The notes under the pieces were generated by a model. It was given only the letters and a program-made list of their open reading frames with translations. It did no database searches and had not been told where the DNA came from. The translations under genes and the position numbers were made by a program. Source: Octopus vulgaris (Eukaryota). Taken from it: DNA of 64,000 nt. Numbering within the stretch: the first letter of the stretch is position 1; each line of letters starts with the position of its first letter. The DNA is taken from the NCBI GenBank assembly GCA_951406725.2, contig OX597823.1, forward strand, positions 78,802,001 through 78,866,000, in the 5' to 3' direction. Positions 56,885 through 64,000 of the stretch are shown here, piece after piece.

Positions 56885-58445
56885 TGAGATGTCGATGAAT
56901 GGTTAAATGACCAATCCAAGATTCTTGCAAGTTCCTCAACTGTTACGATGGGATTTTGTTCCACCAGAGATTGAAGGGTGTCCTCGTTGAGCTCTACAGA
57001 TCTTCCAGAGCCTAGTCCTGGAAGACTGACCGCTCAGTACGTCAGGGATGTTCCCTGTCACCGATTTTGTATGTATTGGCTCTTGAGCCATTGCTGTGGA
57101 AGTTGGAAGCGTTAGGGGGCATGCCAAATGATCTGTGGTGTGGAAGGGGAGCCAATACGTATGCGGATGACATGTCCATCATCGTGTCCGAAGAAGAAAA
57201 CGCCATTAAAGGATACGAGGCAGTGGCAGGAGCAAAGGTTAACCAGGACAAGTCGGTCGGCTTGCAACTCGACACCTGGAGGGGCAAGTCGGTGTCGTCC
57301 AATAACGTCGTGGGGCGTTGGACGGAATGTCCGGCTAAGTTGCCAAGGGTCTGGTTCGGTCCAGACCTTCAGATAGAGAAGAATTGGAGCGAGGTCACGG
57401 GCAAGGTGACTGCTCTGACCTGGTCTGGGCGGGCGTTATCTTTGCTAAGGAGGGCGGAGGTGACGCAGATGTTCATAGAATCTGTCATCACCTACCGCCT
57501 GACCATTGTGCCTTGTCCCGATCTGTGGCTGAACAAGTTGGAAAGAATCCTTTTTCGCTTTTTGCAGAAGTGAGGAAAGCCACTTGTGAAGGAGTTCTGC
57601 TGCCAAAAACCGCTAGAGGGTGGGCTAGGGATGCCTTGGGTGAGGATGCGAAAATCCGCGTTAAAGTTGAGACACCTCTGGCTTTACCTGGATGGGGAGC
57701 AAGTGTGGTCACCGCACATAGGGTTCTACCTTCCACAGCTGACGTCCTTAACGGACATTGGTTCATGGATCAAACGAAGACCTAAACTGGCTGATTAGCA
57801 ATTGGGGTGCCTGACGACACTCCAGCTGCTCTCTCGAGCGGGCAATACCAGTAACAGGAGTTCCACTGCGGATTATTGGAATTTATGTCAGACTATATCC
57901 TAGGGGAGACTCTGGACTTCGATAGAAATCAGTTGATCAACCTGTTCAGGAGAACTTTCGGACCGGGTTATCTGGATAATCACCAGAAATCGCTGACTTG
58001 GCAGTGCTACCGTTCGGCTTTGCCTCTTCGAGACAAGCTGTCAAGGCTCAGAAGTGCCGTCTCGCCGACTTGCCCTAAGTGGGGGCGGGATAGAGAAACT
58101 GTCTTGCACGCCTTCGTAGAGTGTCCGGAATTATCGGGACTGATAGCTTTCGTCGAGCAACTGTTGTCAACGATGGGAAGAGTACAGCTATCGGCTGAGG
58201 CTATTGTGCCGTCTCCTTCCCTTAACAGGAAAAGGAAGGCTTGTTTTATTCTGTGTAGTAGCCATACTGAAAGAAATAGTATGGAAGACGTGCGTAAGAG
58301 ATATAGTGACAGGTACCTTCGTGTCCGATCAGGGGTTGGTTAACTTCTTTCGGTACCACCTCGATAGCAAGATCAGTTTAGAGAAGAGATACCTGTCGCA
58401 GAGCATGTTGGCAAAAAGATGGAAGCAAGTAGTGAACGAGCTGTT
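56885..58445 (+). mobile_element. Tx1/L1-clade LINE ORF2 remnant
   Basis: RQGCSLSP.LYVLALEPLL, YADD, GAKVN..KS, GGLGMP, and C-terminal CPK...ETVLHAFVEC. Several stops and frameshifts. Confidence 0.85.
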
Positions 58446-58568
58446 GGCTCTTATCAGTGGACATGCACCGCAATGGCGCTCAGATCGAGATCTGATCACC
58501 ATAGTGCTGCCTGTGGGCTCTTATCAGTAGTCATGCACCGCAATGGCGCTCAGATCGAGATCTGATCG
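58446..58568 (+). repeat. 70-bp-period tandem duplication at the LINE/mariner junction
   Basis: GGCTCTTATCAGT.G.CATGCACCGCAATGGCGCTCAGATCGAGATCTGATC occurs twice. Confidence 0.85.
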
Positions 58569-58599
58569 CTATAACGCTATTGCCAGGCAGAGAGGGACA

Positions 58600-58950
58600 A
58601 TCACCCCAACTCCGATCAGATCTTTCCTGCTCGGAATTTCGGGAGCCACCGTTGACACTGGCTTACGCTTATTGTCCGATCCCCGTATAATGCATTCCCT
58701 TGCGTAGTTGCCTTTATTGATGTCATAAAGCAAAATATGCCGAATATACTCCTTTGTCACTTCCATTATAGTATTGAAAAATTACTGTTAAAATCGAAAC
58801 GCACTCTTTAAATTTTGCACTAAGAATAAGTACAAGGTAAAATTGCTACCTGCTATTATAGCAAGTTAATGCAGGTAGTTTATTCCGTACCCCTTCGGTT
58901 TTTAGTTCATGCAATTGAAAAAACCGCATTATTAATGGGATGACCAAATA
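58600..58950 (-). mobile_element. Mariner 5' relic
   Basis: MEVTKEYIRHILLYDINKGN mariner-like N-terminus. TIR-like end near 58950. Confidence 0.7.
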
Positions 58951-59102
58951 TAATTTGAAAACAGAGCAAAACAATGCTGTAATAACTTGAACTGTGATAG
59001 ATACTACATTTAATCAACACACGGAAACCACAATAGAGTACAAATACGAAATATGGTAGCTGTAGCTAAGCTCCTCAGTCCTACTATAACAACTAGCAAT
59101 AA

Positions 59103-59522
59103 GGCGGCGAGCTGGCAGAAACGTTAGACCGCCGGGCGAAATGCTTAGTGGTATTTCGACTGCCGTTACGTTTTGAGTTCAAATTCCGCCGAGGTCGACT
59201 TTGCCTTTCATCCTTCCGGGGTCGATAAATAAAGTACCAGTTTCGCACTGGGGTCGATGTAATCGACTTAATCCTTTTGTATGTCCTTGTTTGTGCCCTC
59301 TGTGTTTAGCTCCCTGTGGGTAGTAAAGAAATAGAAATAGGTATTTCATCTGTCGTTACGTTCTGATTTCAAATTCTGCCGAGGTCATCTTTGCCTTTCA
59401 TCCTTTCGGGGTCGATAAATAAAGTACCAGTTTCGCACTGTGGTCGATGTAATCGACTTAATCCCTTTGTCTGTCCTTGTTTGCCCCCTCTATGTTTAGC
59501 TCCTTGTGGGTAGTAAAGAAAT
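59103..59522 (+). mobile_element. Meta/MESC-like SINE dimer
   Basis: Full monomer plus a headless unit joined at GAAATAG|GTATTTC. Flanked by TATAACAA..AGCAATAA direct repeats. Confidence 0.9.
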
Positions 59523-59601
59523 ATATAACAAACAGCAATAAATCATGAAGAACACACACATACACACACGCACGCGCACAGATATCTACATACACGCATA
59601 T

Positions 59602-59990
59602 GCGCAGGCATGGTAGTACAGCAAGTAGCTTCTGTCACGACCCAATGGTTTCGGGTTCAGTCTACTGCGCAACATCTTGGAGAAATGTCTTATGCTATCA
59701 CTCTGGGCTGATCAAAGCCTTGTGAGTGAATTTGATAGACGGAAACTGAAAGAAGCTCATATGTATATGTGTGTGACCACGCGTGTCATTGCGTTTGTCC
59801 TCCAACCGGAACCACTGGACAACAGGTGTTGGTTTGTTTACGTTACCTTATCCTAACGTTTCAGCAAACGAGACCCATATATTAACTGCTAGGCTCTTAA
59901 AATTACGTAGTAGGGTCCGCTAAAACCCTTCAACGCGGTGCCTCATTATGGCCGTAGACTGTAGTCCAATGAGTGAAACAAGTTAAAGAT
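59602..59990 (+). mobile_element. Near-full-length degenerate SINE (CCAGCATGGCC tail family)
   Basis: GCGCAGGCATGG head, GGGTTCAGTC B box, AAAGCCTTGTGAGTG block and family tail. Confidence 0.7.
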
Positions 59991-60024
59991 GAAAGGTACA
60001 CCTACACACAAACACACACACATG

Positions 60025-60061
<37 letters not shown>

Positions 60062-60190
60062 TTTACTCTTTATCTTTTATTAAACTTTTAACACTTTTGA
60101 TATATATTTAAAATAATTAAATTCATTTTATGTATTGGCTTATGTTTTTCATTGTTTGATTTGCCTAATATTGGTTTTATTTCTAATTTA

Positions 60191-60236
<46 letters not shown>

Positions 60237-60493
60237 AGAAATATGTTACAAAAAGAAAATAGAAACTGCACGTGGAAATGTAAGGGGAAAATAAGAAAAA
60301 TCAACGAAAATGCACATTGTAAATAAAAAAGAAAAGGCTTTTTATGAAATGTAACGACAGATATATACAATTAGATGAACTGAAGTAGCAATAAAAGTCA
60401 TAAAAGTCATAAAAGTCATTATTATGAGATTATTGAAGAGATTCAAGCATACCGCGGTTTCGTCAGACAATTCATTGCTTTGAATGAAACCGG

Positions 60494-60558
<65 letters not shown>

Positions 60559-60891
60559 GTGTGTGTGAAGGCACATGACCCAATGGTTAAGGTGTTGCCA
60601 TTTCGATAGCTTGATTGCGGGTCTAACAGCTTGATCCCGGACCTAGCGGTGCATGGTGTTCTTGCGCAAGACACTTCATTCGGCATTTCTCCAGCCGATT
60701 CAGCTGTAAATGGGTCATTCTGTGGCGGACTGGCCTCACGATGAGTGGGGAATACTGGCCGGCTCGTGAAATTCTTTTTCGCATGTGAGTTCCGTACCCC
60801 ATTTATGAACTCATTTGCATACTGCCAATCAGAGCTCAACTATCAAACTAATTCATGCGCGCATAAGAAGCGATGGGTGATAAGATATGAA

Positions 60892-61120
60892 GGCGGCGAG
60901 CTGGCGGAGACGTTAGCGCGCCGGCCGAAGTGCTTCGCAGTATTTCGCCCGTCGCTACGTTCTGAGTTCAACTTCCGCCGAGGTCGACTTTGCCTTTCAT
61001 CCTTTCGGGGTCGATAAATTAAGTACCAGTTACGCACTGGGGTCGATATAATCGACTTAATCCGTTTGTCTGTCCTTGTTTGTCCCCTCTATGTTTAGCC
61101 CCTTGTGGGCAATAAAGAAA
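60892..61120 (+). mobile_element. Meta/MESC-like SINE monomer
   Basis: A and B boxes. GATAAGATA TSD. Confidence 0.9.
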
Positions 61121-61946
61121 CAGATAAGATAAAACCACAAGGGTAAGGAATGACCATGCTTCTTTTCTTTTTTAAGAATGCTTGTTGTTCTTGTTCTTGT
61201 TTCAACCATGGCTGCCTCTGCGTAGATATTTGTGTTTTTGTTTACTTTGTAAAACAGTAAGGGGACAGGGTTGCTAGCACATCACACTCTACCCACATTT
61301 TTCTCATCCACATCTTTATCATATGGGGCCCTAACAAAATCATATGGGGCCCTAACGATAGTAGGTATAGATGCAAATCTATCTAATTACTTGTCTACTT
61401 CTAAAATCAGGCATAACTTGACCAATCGATCGATTTACAACACCATTCTTCGTCTTGAGTTTATTTGGTAGAGTGTGTTTCTTACTTTACAACAAGGTCA
61501 AGGTGAGCTCTGATTGGCTGTGTGCAAACGAGTTTATTACTGGGGTCCGGAACTGTCATCGAAAGAAATTTCGCGGCCGGCTCGCCCCCAGCCAACGAAG
61601 GTAGAATCAGGTGAAAGCTAAAACGTTGCAAAGCGCATTGTAACCAGCAATGTACAGCAACATCCGATACTTTGATCGATCAAGTGATCACGTAGTAATA
61701 TAATGTAAATAGTTTTCTGTTAGTTTCACTGAACTCGAAACTCATTGAATTGTAGCATAACTGGATGAAGTGGTTACAGATACGGGAATTCTCAATGTAA
61801 TCCTTAAACAAAGTTAGCAAGACGGTGTGTAACAAAGCTGAGTCGCTGAATTGCAATTACAGCCACACCTAAGTCTGTGCCTTTTCAATTTTACTCATAA
61901 AGTATAAGTCGACAGAGAGCTACGGAAAAAAAAAATCTCCCCTTAA

Positions 61947-62352
61947 AGCGGCGAGCTGGCAGAAACGTTAGCGCGCCGGGCGAAATCCTTAGCGGTATTT
62001 CGCCCGTCGCTACGTTCTGAGCTCAAATTCCGCTGAGGTCGACTTTGCCTTTCATCCTTTCGGGGTCGATAAATTAAGTACCAGTTACGCACTGGGGTCG
62101 ATATAATCGACTTAGCACGTTTGTCTGTCCTTGTTTGTCCTCTCTGTGTTTAGCCCCTTGTGGGTAGTAAAGAAATAGGTATTCCCCCCGTCGCTACGTT
62201 CTGCGTTCAAATTCCGCTGAGGTCGACTTTGCCTTTCATCCTTTCGGGGTCGACAAATTAAGTACCAGTTACGCACTGGGATCGATATAATCTACTTAAT
62301 CCGTTTATCTGTCCTTGTTTGTCCCCTCTGTTTAGCCCCTTGTGGCAATAAA
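61947..62352 (+). mobile_element. Meta/MESC-like SINE dimer
   Basis: Same GAAATAG|GTATT junction near 62178. AAAAAA.ATCTCC direct repeats on both flanks. Confidence 0.9.
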
Positions 62353-63053
62353 GGAAAAAAATATCTCCTCTCTTGTTGCCTCGATGTAGAATCGAATCTC
62401 AAACATTATAACTACTAAATAAATTGCTCTTTATGACTACAACAATTTGTAGAAAACAACAAGAACATGCGTGTATAAATATATAAATATTTAATATATA
62501 TTTATTGAATATAAACAGAATATGGTGTTCTTTCTCCTTCTTTCCTCTTCGTTCTGTTTCTATCACTTTCATCTTTCCTTTCCATTCTTTTACTATCATT
62601 TCCATCTCTCCGCTATCAATAGCCATAATTTAGTAATCTCCGACCACAATATCTGCAGCTATCGAGAATAGCAATATGTTATTTATTTATTGCCAAATAT
62701 GTTTGTTTACTTTGTTCAGTGGATTATAATCGGTAGCTTCATTCATTTGCCAGAAAATGAAAGATAAATTAGTTTTAAACACAGTTCAGTGGAAATATTT
62801 ACTTTTACACGTGCCAATCAACAATATAGTTTAAACATTTACACATTTTATGCATTGGCAGTGATTTTTGTTCCAAGTCGACAAATATTTCTCTTCGTGA
62901 TTGCATTTTAAGAGTTATTTTTTTTCTTCCATTGTGTTGCTATTGCTGTAATTGCGATCTTTGTTCTGCTCTGCTTTCAGGTCAGTCTAGATTGATACGA
63001 CCTATTATCAAAGGTGTTACAGCCGTGACAATCCATTTATTATTATTATTATT

Positions 63054-63158
63054 CAGTAGTTTTATTTTTATAGCGTGCTTTCACTTCACGACCGAGCGCA
63101 GCTCTGTGTGTCTTGGGTATGTGCTGTGATTTGTTGTGATGCTCTGATGGTTACTGTA
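63054..63158 (-). mobile_element. 3' tip of Dong family A
   Basis: Reverse complement of ~27340-27443, with a short (AAT)n tail. Confidence 0.85.
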
Positions 63159-63684
63159 CATGGCTGTACTCAGCTGTACATGGGCTCCAACAATAGCTGG
63201 AAAGTTAAACCTGCAACGGCCAGGCGTACCATTCTGGAGTGGGTACCTGTTGTCATCTTAGTCACTTACACACCTTGGAAACCGGGATTACCTCTGGCTT
63301 TATTAATCCTAGGTGTTATGATTGGCCTAAGACTGACCAGTCAGTGATTACTTGATATTCCTTGTTTGAAATTGTAGATTTGGTATGAGGAGGATTTGAT
63401 TGCTATTTCTAGCAGGCCGAACAACGTAGATGAAGGGCTTGCCCTTGTGTCTGTTGATAAGCCAAGTCACATGCACAGACATCATTCTTAATTAAGTCTG
63501 TCATAGGCAGGCCCAAGACCGGGTTATGAAGGAGAAAGGTAGTAGTCATGGAATTAGAAGCCCTGCTCTATCAATTTGCCTATTGCTATTGGAACAAGAG
63601 AACATATGAAACCAATCTTGGTAAGGGGAGGTAATCATCAGAGACTAAGAATGAAGCAATGTAGTGAAAGCTGAAAGAGAGCTA

Positions 63685-63900
63685 CGATGTGGAACAACCA
63701 TTTCTCACCATGGACAACCACTCACCTGGGTACACCAAACTTCACGACCATGTTCGAAACCGGAAGCGTGGCAGGCCAAAAGAACAACATGGGAAAGGTC
63801 CGCACGAATTGAAGCACTCGAAGGTGGCTACGCCTGGAGATAACCGCAATCCAGTGCTAGGCACCCTATGCTCCAAATGGAGTCAAAGGGATTAAGGAGA
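63685..63900 (+). mobile_element. Decayed RTE 3' fragment
   Basis: RNRKRGRPK...W motif typical of the RTE C-terminus. Confidence 0.45.
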
Positions 63901-64000
63901 ACAGTTTATCGAAATGGGTTCCGTTTAACCTATATAACAAAGTTTATCTTATGGGGTTTAATTTGTTAGAAATTATGAAGTTTAATGTAACGTTTCAGAA

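Overview
AT-rich, microsatellite-saturated animal genomic DNA. The SINE, LINE and microsatellite repertoire suggests an octopus or other cephalopod (inference, not checked). One host gene can be built: a 3-exon minus-strand gene (17740-17535, 16651-16611, 12959-12760; 148 aa) encoding signal peptide, acidic/Thr-rich spacer, GKR site and a single EGF-like domain, with a TATA/CCAAT/CRE promoter and an AATAAA signal. Nearly everything else is mobile DNA. Two (AAT)n islands (~8.5-11.8 kb and ~24.3-33.8 kb) are packed with co-oriented R4/Dong-type RT-RLE retrotransposons (two families, one with an uninterrupted 998-aa ORF). They also hold six copies of an unidentified ~560-nt structured non-coding retroelement ('element X'). 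The window also has Penelope-like remnants with hammerhead-ribozyme motifs in (TA)n tracts, several tRNA-derived SINE families (some multimeric or tail-swapped), RTE, CR1-like and Tx1/L1 fragments, mariner relics, MITE-like foldbacks and a ~1.2-kb inverted duplication bracketing the EGF exon. All calls were made by eye with no database search, and repeat boundaries are approximate.
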